Assembly: GCF_000253055.1 (NCBI RefSeq)
Contig: NC_016070.1
Coordinates: forward strand, 1,020,001-1,052,000
Direction: 5' to 3'
Length of the DNA stretch: 32,000 nucleotides
Source: Thermoproteus tenax Kra 1
GTDB taxonomy: Archaea; Thermoproteota; Thermoprotei; Thermoproteales; Thermoproteaceae
Shown here: positions 1-7,269 of the stretch, in pieces
Layout of the letters: each line of letters begins with the position of its first letter
Numbering within the stretch: the first letter of the stretch is position 1
Position numbers and translations under genes: made by a program
Notes under the pieces: generated by a model
Database searches by the model: none
The model's input: the letters and a program-made list of their open reading frames with translations, nothing else
What the model was told of the DNA's origin: nothing

Positions 1-1
1 C

Positions 2-376
2 CTGTTGCGGAACGCCGCCGGTAAGGCGCTTCAAGCATGGAAGGCTCTGGTGGCGGCGCTTGCCGCAGAGAGGAGGGAGGAGCTGGCCAAGCTCTACCCT
101 GGCAAGGTCAGGCTGAGGGGCAGGGGGGCTAGGGTCGACAGAGTAGACTGGATTATTGCAGTTATGCCTACGACGTACCTCAAGGAGGTGGCCATGGCGA
201 TAGGGGGGAGGGTAGACGCCTTGACGGACAAGGCGCTCTGGATACACCAGTGTCAGTACAACGGGCCCGACCCCGAGGGGGTGTTGAGCCCCTACAGGAG
301 CGACGAGATGGCGAGGAGAGACGTCGAAACGCTGTTGCGCGGCATCGAGGAGATCCTCTCGTCGCTGGGCCTCTAG
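2..376 (+). CDS. PaREP1-family protein, 5' end cut by the window edge
   Basis: The frame of track ORF 5..376 stays open back to nt 2, so the TTG at 5 is not a real start. LRNAAGKALQAWKAL...KALWIHQCQYNGPD...LLRGIEEILSSLGL is paralogous to remnants at 3884-4430 and 3603-3649 in this window. The family name is recalled from Pyrobaculum annotation. Confidence 0.6.
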   Translation: MLRNAAGKALQAWKALVAALAAERREELAKLYPGKVRLRGRGARVDRVDWIIAVMPTTYLKEVAMAIGGRVDALTDKALWIHQCQYNGPDPEGVLSPYRSDEMARRDVETLLRGIEEILSSLGL

Positions 377-452
377 GGTAGGAAACGGCCAGCTCTCCAA
401 CAACTTTTGAAGGTCTTGATCTGTTGATTCCCCCGGCGCCCGATCTCTCCCG

Positions 453-841
453 CTATATAGACAGAGAGCCCATATCTTTATGACCCCTCCCCGCCCTAAG
501 GGGCGAGGCTTTCGGTTGTAAATGAGTGGTTGATGGTAGCCGGTGATGTAGAAGGTTCTGCCCTTCTCCACCCCCCGCAATCTCCACAGACATCCTCGTG
601 CCGTTGCTGTACTCCAGGTCCAGCCACCCCATGGCGAAGTCCCTGGCCCCTGTGGCTACTAGATACCACCCATGTCCCCTATATATCAAGCTCCCGTTCC
701 AGTACTCGATATACCTATGGTATAGTTCAGCATCGTGTTGTTGAAGACAAATTTACAAGTCCACGGCGGCGCCTCAACTACCGAGAAGCGTACTGAGACT
801 GGCAGGAGGAATAGTATGAACACCATGAGGAAGACTATCAC
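453..841 (-). pseudogene. Possible frameshifted small membrane/secreted protein (abutting ORFs 841..686 and 689..453)
   Basis: GTG 841..839 opens a 51-codon ORF, (M)IVFLMVFILFLLPVSV...NNTMLNYTIGISSTGTGA, with a hydrophobic N-terminus and N-x-T sequons. It stops at TGA 688..686, exactly where track ORF 453..689 begins in another frame. A TTTTAAAAAA box lies at 885-894, just downstream of the nrdG stop. The 3' part reads through hairpin repeat copy 1. Confidence 0.25.
483..520. repeat. GC-palindrome + T-rich tail repeat, copy 1
   Basis: The sequence is ACCCCTCCCCGCCCTAAGGGGCGAGGCTTTCGGTTGTA. Its reverse complement aligns with copy 2 (ACAAC..AAGC.TCGCCC.TTAGGGCGGGGAGG). It lies 107 nt downstream of the PaREP1 stop at 376. 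Confidence 0.6.
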
Positions 842-908
842 GAGATAGGGATTGTTACGGTTCAGATACCCATAGAGGTCAGGGATTGTTTTTTAAAAGA
901 AGAGGACG

Positions 909-1619
909 TTATATGCCGTAGTTCTTTATCACCACTTTTCCCAGGGCGGCGGCCAACTTGGCTATCTGCTGGAGGTGGCTTGAGGGTGGGTTGCAGTATT
1001 GTCTACACCACTGGGAGTCTCTTGGGTCTGTGGTGGGTGGGCCGAGGAGCGGCTGTATCACCACCGTGACCTCGGTCTCCGCTAGGGCGTTGCCTACCTC
1101 CTCTATCCTTTTTGCATAGGTCTCTAGGGGGAGGTTCGCGACAGGGATTCTGAGCTCGATGGGGATTTTTCTGCCTGAGACGGCTTTTAAGGAGGTGAGG
1201 AAGTTCTGCCACAGCTGTTGCCAGTGTGGAACGCCGTACATCTGGTCCGGTATTTTTAGGTCTGTGGCTAGGTGGTCTACCTCGTCTATAACTTTTTCTA
1301 GGGCTTTGGTGAGGGTGGCATTGGTGTTGAGGCTTCTGGCTACGCCGGCTTCCCCAGCCCTTTTGAAGAGGTGTCTCAGCTCCTCCGCTTGTAGCAGGGG
1401 CTCTCCGCCAGTGACGTGTAGGTAGTCTATGTAGGGCTTGGCGCGGGCGAGCTCGTCCAGGAGCCTCTCCACGTCTAGCTCGCCGCAGTTCTGTCGCTCG
1501 GCTATCCTCCAGTTGTGGCAGAAGGGGCATCTTAGGTTGCACCCGCAGAGCCAGAGGGTGAAGGTCACTGCGCCGTTGACGTCGACTGTGGATATGCCCT
1601 TCCAGCCGGCGGCCAACAT
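909..1619 (-). CDS. nrdG: Anaerobic ribonucleotide reductase activating protein (radical SAM)
   Basis: The start is taken as ATG 1619..1617 (MLAAGWKGIS...), which overlaps the nrdD stop as TAATG. It carries the radical-SAM motif CNLRCPFC (CxxxCxxC). The 110 extra upstream codons of track ORF 909..1949 lie inside nrdD and are rejected. Confidence 0.85.
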   Translation of the reverse strand: MLAAGWKGISTVDVNGAVTFTLWLCGCNLRCPFCHNWRIAERQNCGELDVERLLDELARAKPYIDYLHVTGGEPLLQAEELRHLFKRAGEAGVARSLNTNATLTKALEKVIDEVDHLATDLKIPDQMYGVPHWQQLWQNFLTSLKAVSGRKIPIELRIPVANLPLETYAKRIEEVGNALAETEVTVVIQPLLGPPTTDPRDSQWCRQYCNPPSSHLQQIAKLAAALGKVVIKNYGI

Positions 1620-3439
1620 TAGTAATGCCTCCTGAGCCAGAACTCCCTCCTCCTGTACGGGTTCCAGTTCTTGAGAGGTCTGTAGTAGCCGATTATGCGG
1701 CTCCACACCTCCACGCCCTCGTAGCCGCAGGACGGGCACCTCTTGTAGAGCCCGGTGTAGGTCCTGCCGCAGCGGGGGCAGTGGGTCTGGGCTGGGGTGA
1801 AGCTCCAGTAGACCACCTCTGTCTCTGTTATCCTCCTGGCTAGCTTGGCCAAGGCCTCGGGGTCCGGCTCCTCTCCTAGGAATATGTGCATCATGACGCC
1901 GCCGGTGAACTCCCTCTGCACCTTGGCCTCCACCTCCACCCTCTCCCACAGCTCCATGGGGGCGTAGTAGGGGGCTACGGAGGTGCTGTATATGAGGTCT
2001 GGGAGGTACTGCGCCAGCTCTGGGTACTTTCTGGCGTCTTTAATCGCCAGCTTGGCGGCGGCGCTCTCCCCCGGCACCTCCTCCACGTTCCAGGGCGTTC
2101 CCTCCTCCGACATCCACTCCCTAGCTTTCTCTACGGCGAAGGACACCATCTTCTTCATTAGGTCGGCCGCGGCTGCCCAATCTCTGTGGGAGCCCTCTGT
2201 CCAAAGGTCGGGCTTGCCCATGTATATGGCGGCGGCCTCCGGGAGGCCTATTATGCCTATGGTGTTGAAATGCGACGTGGGGAACTCGGGCAGATACCTC
2301 CTGACGAAGCTGTACATCTCCGTCTTGAGGAGCTTGACGTACCTCTCCCTGAGCCGGTCTAAGCCCCTCTTGACAAGCTCCAGCCTCTCCCCGTAGAGCT
2401 CCCAGAACCTCCCGTCGTCTCCTCTGGCGTCGAGGGCTATGCGGGGGAGGTTGACGTCTATAACGCCGACCGACCCCGTGACATCGGGGAGGGCCCAGAC
2501 GCCGCCGAACCTCTGCTTCTCCATGCGGCTCCAGAGGTCCTCATATGCTAGCTTCACATCTCTCTTGAGGGAGATGCGCGCACCTCTGGCGTACATGAGC
2601 TCGTTCCTGTCTATGTTTATCCTGCAACACATGGCGAAGGACCCGTCCGGGTCGACAACCCTTGTGTTAAGCCAGTAGAAGCTCCCCCTCTTGGCGGCGG
2701 TGGTGAAGACCGCCTCGAAGATCTCCGGGTCTTCCCAGAGCCAGGTGGCGGTGGTCATGAGCGTAGGTATGGGGAAGGTGAAGGGCTTCCCCTCGGCGTC
2801 TCCCTCCTTGAGAACCGAGGTTAGAGCTTTTAGGAAGAGCTTGGCCTCCTCCTCGTAGACGCCAAGCGGCTCGACCTCTTTTCCGTCGTACACAGCGCGG
2901 TCGCCGTCCAGCATCTTCCTCGGCGCATTCATCGTCACTGTGAAGTTGGTGAAGGGCGTCTGGAACCCCACCCTGCTTGGGTAGTTTAAGTTGTAGACGA
3001 GCCTCTGGACGCTCTGCTTCACCGCCTTAAAGTCCAGCCTGTCGTTTCTGATGAAGGGCCCGGCGTACCACTCAACGCTTGAGAAGGCCTGGGCCCCCGT
3101 GAAGTAGTGCTGCGCCGTGGAGAGGAAGTTGGCCACGTGGTCTACGAAGGTGTCGAGGTGCCGCGCCGGCCGCGAGGCGATTATCGGCGTGACCAACCCC
3201 TGCTTCAACAGCCTACTTATTGAGTGGCCAGAGCAGTAGGGCAGGTAGGCCGAGTAGGGGAGCTTGTGTACGTAGATAAGCCCCTCCTGGTGTGCCTCGG
3301 CAACCTCGGCGGGCAGATCCACGGGCATGTGCTCCTCCAGTAGGTAGGAGAAAAAGCCGGTTGGGCTCGGGTACCTATTCGCGTTTTCGTTCACCTCCAG
3401 GGAGTTCCAAGCCAGGTACTTCTGGATAACCTCCTGCAT
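1619..3439 (-). CDS. nrdD: Anaerobic (class III) ribonucleoside-triphosphate reductase
   Basis: The ORF is 606 aa. Its C-terminus has a zinc ribbon, CPRCGRTYTGLYKRCPSCG, followed by a glycyl-radical loop, SRIIGYYRP. It is immediately followed by, and translationally coupled to, a radical-SAM activase. Confidence 0.93.
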   Translation of the reverse strand: MQEVIQKYLAWNSLEVNENANRYPSPTGFFSYLLEEHMPVDLPAEVAEAHQEGLIYVHKLPYSAYLPYCSGHSISRLLKQGLVTPIIASRPARHLDTFVDHVANFLSTAQHYFTGAQAFSSVEWYAGPFIRNDRLDFKAVKQSVQRLVYNLNYPSRVGFQTPFTNFTVTMNAPRKMLDGDRAVYDGKEVEPLGVYEEEAKLFLKALTSVLKEGDAEGKPFTFPIPTLMTTATWLWEDPEIFEAVFTTAAKRGSFYWLNTRVVDPDGSFAMCCRINIDRNELMYARGARISLKRDVKLAYEDLWSRMEKQRFGGVWALPDVTGSVGVIDVNLPRIALDARGDDGRFWELYGERLELVKRGLDRLRERYVKLLKTEMYSFVRRYLPEFPTSHFNTIGIIGLPEAAAIYMGKPDLWTEGSHRDWAAAADLMKKMVSFAVEKAREWMSEEGTPWNVEEVPGESAAAKLAIKDARKYPELAQYLPDLIYSTSVAPYYAPMELWERVEVEAKVQREFTGGVMMHIFLGEEPDPEALAKLARRITETEVVYWSFTPAQTHCPRCGRTYTGLYKRCPSCGYEGVEVWSRIIGYYRPLKNWNPYRRREFWLRRHY

Positions 3440-3558
3440 AAATAGGGGACAAACTTCCCTTATTTATTCCTTACGTTTAAAATAAGTTGGGGCGTTGGAT
3501 CGAAATTTTCAGCCTACTCCGGCGGAGGCGAAAAGGGGATTAAGGACCCGTGACATAC

Positions 3559-3594
3559 TGCAAACAACAAGCTTCGCCCTTTAGGGCGGGGAGG
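3559..3594. repeat. GC-palindrome repeat, copy 2 (opposite orientation to copies 1, 3 and 4)
   Basis: The sequence is TGCAAACAACAAGCTTCGCCCTTTAGGGCGGGGAGG, with a CGCCC/GGGCG stem and TTTA loop. The 17-mer CGCCCTTTAGGGCGGGG (3575-3591) is the exact reverse complement of 3656-3672. Confidence 0.65.
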
Positions 3595-3602
3595 CGGAGC
3601 GT

Positions 3603-3649
3603 GGTCGGGCCCGTTGTACTGATACTGGTGTATCCAGAGCGCCTTGTCC
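3603..3649 (-). pseudogene. 47-nt PaREP1 gene fragment (encodes DKALWIHQYQYNGPD)
   Basis: The reverse complement of 3603-3649 matches plus-strand 226-272 at 46 of 47 positions by eye. The single difference is cagtGtcag versus cagtAtcag. There is no ORF context on either side. Confidence 0.7.
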
Positions 3650-3650
3650 A

Positions 3651-3685
3651 TGACCCCCCGCCCTAAAGGGCGGGGTTTCTCCTCG
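3651..3685. repeat. GC-palindrome + T-rich tail repeat, copy 3
   Basis: The sequence is TGACCCCCCGCCCTAAAGGGCGGGGTTTCTCCTCG. It forms a perfect 8-bp stem, CCCCGCCC (3656-3663) with GGGCGGGG (3668-3675), and a TAAA loop. Confidence 0.65.
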
Positions 3686-3841
3686 CCCACGCCTTCATCG
3701 GTAGCCAGGCTACCCCCGGCGTGGGCTCATTGGGCATGGGGCCGGGCGGCACTCGGCCCTCCTCGGGCGCCTTCGGGGCAGAGCTCCTCATTTGGTGAGG
3801 CGTGTGTATACATTTGAGTCCTCTGCCTGCATCCGCAACGA

Positions 3842-3874
3842 CCCCCTGCCCTAAGGCGAGGTTTATTGTTTGCA
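3842..3874. repeat. GC-palindrome + T-rich tail repeat, copy 4 (degenerate)
   Basis: The sequence is CCCCCTGCCCTAAGGCGAGGTTTATTGTTTGCA. Its reverse complement, TGCAAACAATAAACCTCGCCTTAGGGCAGGGG, aligns to copy 2 with 27 matches, 4 mismatches and 2 gaps by eye. It lies 10 nt from the stop of the PaREP1 pseudogene. Confidence 0.55.
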
Positions 3875-3883
3875 TTCGGAAGG

Positions 3884-4430
3884 CTACGGCTCCAGTCGGC
3901 TTAGGTAGCTGAGTATCGCATCGACAAGCCTCCTTATATCGTCGGCCACCAACTCAATGCGCAGATATCTGCCGAATACTCGATCAGTCGAGCCCGTTGT
4001 ACTGAAATTCATGGAGGTTAATAGCTACGTTTGTAAGGTCGTAGAGCTTTAGCCCGGCGGCGTCCTCTAGCGCCTTCGCCACGGCGAGCATATAGCCCGT
4101 GGGCATAAACGCCGCTATGAAGTCGGCGAGATGGACTCTGCGGCCGTCCCCGGTGGCCCTCACGCCGTGGGACTGCTCCGCCGGCCTCTCCCGGTGGTCC
4201 ACCGCCAGCGCCGCCAGAAGCGCCCTCCACGCCTGGGTGGCCTTTCCAGCGGCGTTTCTGTAGAGTCCTTGCTCCAGAAACTTCAGAGCCAGCTCAGCCT
4301 CCTATCTGGCCTCGAGAAGGCGCCCCCTCTTGTAGCCCTCTGCGCTCTGCCAGAGTTTGGCCAGCTCAGCTGCATATCTATATTCTAGTCCCTCTAAAAG
4401 GCGTACCGACGACGTCCTAACTATGGGCAA
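3884..4430 (-). pseudogene. PaREP1-family pseudogene (in-frame TAG plus a frameshift)
   Basis: The minus-strand reading is ...YRYAAELAKLWQSAEGYKRGRLLEAR*EAELALKFLEQGLYRNAAGKATQAWRALLAAL...INLHEFQYNGLD*, with TAG at 4304..4302. After the TGA at 3986..3984, another frame continues DRVFGRYLRIELVADDIRRLVDAILSYLSRLEP* (stop 3886..3884). That stretch aligns with the C-terminus of the 2..376 copy (DVETLLRGIEEILSSLGL). The 5' limit is approximate. Confidence 0.65.
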
Positions 4431-4609
4431 CAGATGCCGAGATGGGGCATATACGGCGATAGGGCTCTAACATCGCTCGGCCCTCCATTGGATATCTGCA
4501 GCCAGATTGCGTTAGACGGCCGCCTTGTCGGTCCCGCAGCTGCCGCAGAGCCGCCCCCGCCGCTTGCGCCTTGCGGCAATAGGGAGGGGCGAGCGCGCCG
4601 GTTCCCAAA

Positions 4610-5348
4610 CTACGCCATAAATATGACCTTCTCCAACTTATATTTGCCGAGGCCTATGGCCCTCGAAATCCCGACGCCTGTCAGCTCGCCTAGCTTCAAC
4701 AGCGATAGCCAGACTCCCACATCGCCGTAGATGGCCAGACGGGCTCTGCCGTAGAACACCGGCACTCTCCTCGCCTCGCCTATATTTAGCCACCCGGTCC
4801 TGATGCGCATGCCGACGAGCTCCAACGCCGTGGAGGCTCTGTCGGCCAACCCCTTTAAGTCTACGCCGTAGAGCGTATGGTAGGTCTTGGCCAGACTGTA
4901 GGCCAGCCTCTGGGGGGAGGGATAGAGGACGTCCCTCCCGTGGAACATAAAGGCGGTCGGATAGAAGACCAGGTCGGCGACGGCCATGCCGTGTCTCTCC
5001 TCCAGCCCTCCGTCGGCCGGCGCCATGTCCACCCCCGAGGCCTCGAGGGAGCAGCCGGCCTCCACCCTCGGCTCTGCGGCGAGGGAGTCCAGAAGGAGCC
5101 GGGCGTCGTGTTCAGAGAGCAGTGCCCGGAGCTCGAAGGTTGCGCCGGGCTCGAAGGCCCTCTGGGCTCCGTTCAGCCCCGAGAGGACGGGCGCGCCGCC
5201 GTAGTAGAGGGGATGGGCGTAGATCCTCCCCTTGGGCTCCGCCGATCTTCTAACGGCGGTGAGGAAGAAGTTGTACGCCAGCGATCAGACAGCCCGTTAG
5301 GAGACACGGTGACGTCCCCCTCGCTTTGACCGACACAGCGACTACCAC
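4610..5348 (-). pseudogene. cas6: Cas6-like CRISPR endoribonuclease, split by one frameshift
   Basis: The C-terminus has the Cas6 glycine-rich loop GVGISRAIGLG (GhGxxxxxGhG) and an upstream LVFYPTAFMF...YPSPQRLAYSL. The Cas6 frame is open from 5284 down to 4610. A second frame starts at GTG 5348 (VVVAVSVKARGTSPCLLTG...) and ends at TAG 5252..5250. A single-nt shift within 5253-5284 would give one ORF of about 246 codons. Confidence 0.6.
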
Positions 5349-5365
5349 GTATGCGCCTCGGCCCA

Positions 5366-5374
5366 TATTTAAAA
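5366..5374 (-). promoter_or_regulatory. TATA box (TTTTAAATA) upstream of the cas6 remnant
   Basis: The minus strand reads TTTTAAATATGGGCCGAGGCGCATACGTGGTA. The box centre is about 22 nt upstream of GTG 5348, which is the geometry of a leaderless archaeal promoter. Confidence 0.45.
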
Positions 5375-5836
5375 CGGACCCTCCGCGGGACGCGCGCCCT
5401 GTTGCACGGTCTGAGCGATAGAGACGGGCGGCTGTTGGGATAGAGAGCTGGACGAAGTGGGGCAGGTGAGGACGTCGGCTCGCCGCCGGGCCTCCACCTG
5501 AGGTCGCCTATATGGAATCGCGAGGTGAAGACGGTATGGCCCTCGGAGATAACCTCGTTGCAGTTTGACGAGGGGCACGGGCTGAGGCGCTTATTATCTG
5601 GGACGATTCCGTCCTCCAAAGGCGGCGCCGCCTTTGAATACTGCAACGCCCGCTGGCATGACGCGAAAGCCGCTGTATCCTCTGTGCGCAACAAGTTTAT
5701 CCGGCCTCTAAAGGCCAGAGGACAACGGACGTTGCGGCGCTAGCTGTGCGCATAGCTCTCGGCGACGATCAAGGCGTCTCCAAGACAGCGCCAACAGGGA
5801 AGGCATTTGACGTGCGAGAAGTACACATTTGCATAG

Positions 5837-5844
5837 TTTTATAA
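5837..5844 (+). promoter_or_regulatory. TATA box (TTTTATAA) upstream of the wHTH gene
   Basis: The box centre is about 24 nt upstream of GTG 5865. Confidence 0.45.
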
Positions 5845-5864
5845 CTACGTGATCTATAGAAGGC

Positions 5865-6449
5865 GTGTTGGGGCTTGTCAGATACTTCTGGCTAGACCTC
5901 TTGCCTCCTCTGCCCGAGGGGTGGCGGCCGGTGTTGAGGAGGTACGTGGAGCTCTGGCCCAGGGCGCTGACCCCATACGCGGTGGCGAAGGAGGTAGATC
6001 TAACCACATCCGCCGTCTACCGGTCCGTCTACGCCCTTGCCAGAAACAGGTTGATCCTTCCGGCGGGGAGGGACTACCGAGCCACCGTGAAGGGGGCGAT
6101 AGCCCTCCTCGTAGAGGAGGAGGATCCCCGCTGGCTTAAGGCAGTGAGGAAGATCTGGGGGATTGGATTAGATGACATAACTACCGCATTTTACCTAGTA
6201 GCTCTGGGGGCCGCAATACGGAGGCTTGGCTTCACCATTAGGGAGGCCTATATATGTAACTGGGCCGCCAGCCAGGCGTATATAGCCACGCAGCTCGACA
6301 GCTTAAGGTTGCCCCCAGCCGTAGAGGAGGCTGTGAGGCCGCTTCTGAGATACCCCTCCGAAACGGCGCTGGAGTGTAACGGTATTCAGCCGAATAGATT
6401 AGGACGTAACCTCGCCGATCAAGCGAAGATAGCTGAAGACAGCGCGTAG
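5865..6449 (+). CDS. Winged-helix-type DNA-binding protein, paralog 1 of a family of about 190 aa
   Basis: The ORF is 194 aa. LTPYAVAKEVDLTTSAVYRSVYALARNRLI...TVKGAIALL aligns by eye with ITPYQIMRRLEAYPSFLYKNVKNLERRGLI...TISGLLAYL (13885..14457) and ATKYRIAKSLAYPTSSVYYELSVLERRGY...TLRGLLKYV (26214..26786). Confidence 0.6.
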   Translation: MLGLVRYFWLDLLPPLPEGWRPVLRRYVELWPRALTPYAVAKEVDLTTSAVYRSVYALARNRLILPAGRDYRATVKGAIALLVEEEDPRWLKAVRKIWGIGLDDITTAFYLVALGAAIRRLGFTIREAYICNWAASQAYIATQLDSLRLPPAVEEAVRPLLRYPSETALECNGIQPNRLGRNLADQAKIAEDSA

Positions 6450-6656
6450 CTAAAACTTGTCTTCCTAGGCGTCGGAGCGCGAGGACAAGGCGTCGACTTA
6501 TGGCGGGCTTCTGTTGTAACCGACAGCGCCCGCACGCACAAACGCGGCCGATCCCCCGCGCTCCGTAGCCGCCGGCGTAGGCGTTTGCAGCCGGGCTCCG
6601 ATGTAGGGCCGGCGACGCAAAAGATGGCCGCAGCTTGTCCAAGGCGGCGATTGATG

Positions 6657-6666
6657 TTTTAATAAA
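6657..6666 (+). promoter_or_regulatory. TATA box (TTTTAATAAA) upstream of the first RHH-domain gene
   Basis: The box centre is about 23 nt upstream of ATG 6684. Confidence 0.45.
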
Positions 6667-6683
6667 GGGGTTCCTCCCGTCAT

Positions 6684-7250
6684 ATGTCTAAGTCTACAGT
6701 ACCTGTGGAAGGCGATGTGGCTAGGGAGGTGGCCTCTTTGGCGAGGAGCCACGGCCTCTCGGTGATTAGGCTAGCCACGGACTCCCTTAAGTTGGCCGCA
6801 GAGATGTTGAAGAGGGGCATTACACCCTCCAACGCTCTGGAGATGTACAAGCTGTTGGAGAAGGTCATGGCGTTTGACGCAGTTCCCGTCCCCCTCTCTT
6901 TGATGGAGCTTTTGGCTAAGAGGTGGAACATCTGCGACGACCCCGAGGTGGAGAACTTCCTGAGGGAGACGGGTGAGAAGTTCGGCAAAACGCTCCTCTC
7001 GGAGTTTAAGACCTTCGGCGAGCTCGTGAGGACAGCCTCTCTGTTTCTTGCGCAGTTCCCCACAGCCCGCTTCACTATAAATAGGGCGGGCGGCGTGTGG
7101 AAGATATATTTCGCCCCCGCCGGCCCCCTCTCTGCCAAATGTCTAGTCCACTTCGCAGAGGGCATGATTAGGCAGTTCGGATGTAACGCCAAATTCACGG
7201 CGGACTCCATAATTACGGTGGAGGTGGAGTGTCCGGGAAAAACATTATAA
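6684..7250 (+). CDS. Ribbon-helix-helix (CopG/Arc-like) N-terminal domain protein, tandem paralog 1
   Basis: The ORF is 188 aa. TVPVEGDVAREVASLARSHGLSVIRLATDSLKLAAEML fits a strand-helix-helix pattern. The C-terminus (FTADSIITVEVE) resembles that of the next gene (AADEDIITIETA). Confidence 0.55.
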   Translation: MSKSTVPVEGDVAREVASLARSHGLSVIRLATDSLKLAAEMLKRGITPSNALEMYKLLEKVMAFDAVPVPLSLMELLAKRWNICDDPEVENFLRETGEKFGKTLLSEFKTFGELVRTASLFLAQFPTARFTINRAGGVWKIYFAPAGPLSAKCLVHFAEGMIRQFGCNAKFTADSIITVEVECPGKTL

Positions 7251-7269
7251 CTGTTGTACAAATTTGGAC

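Noticed and set aside
526-570. A C/D-box-like sRNA (GGTGATGTAGAAGG...).
   Set aside because: The C box is imperfect (GTGATGT rather than RTGATGA). There is no matching D box CTGA at an appropriate distance and no terminal stem. I found no other RTGATGA...CTGA pairs in the intergenic regions.
530-796. An 88-aa plus-strand ORF in the nrdG-PaREP1 spacer.
   Set aside because: It has Ser/Pro/Cys-rich off-frame-like composition and overlaps the more plausible minus-strand ORF fragments. It has no promoter box or motif.
1620-1949. The upstream 110 codons of track ORF 909..1949 (nrdG extension).
   Set aside because: They lie entirely within nrdD in another frame and have Gly/Arg/Pro-rich composition. 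ATG 1619 gives a normal-length activase coupled to the nrdD stop.
5173-5694. A 173-aa minus-strand ORF upstream of and overlapping the cas6 remnant.
   Set aside because: Its composition is off-frame-like (Ser/Pro/Arg-rich). It runs through the cas6 TATA box and the cas6 N-terminal region in a third frame. I recognised no motif.
4380-5860. A search for a CRISPR array flanking cas6, and across the whole window.
   Set aside because: I saw no regularly spaced direct repeats of 24-37 nt. The only recurring short element in the window is the GC-hairpin family, which is irregularly spaced and palindromic.
6680-7261. A 193-aa minus-strand ORF almost exactly coextensive with the plus-strand RHH gene 6684..7250.
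   Set aside because: The product is Ser/Thr/Ala/Leu-rich with no motif. The plus-strand product has an RHH pattern, a tandem paralog and a TATA box at the right distance. I treat this as a chance antisense open frame.
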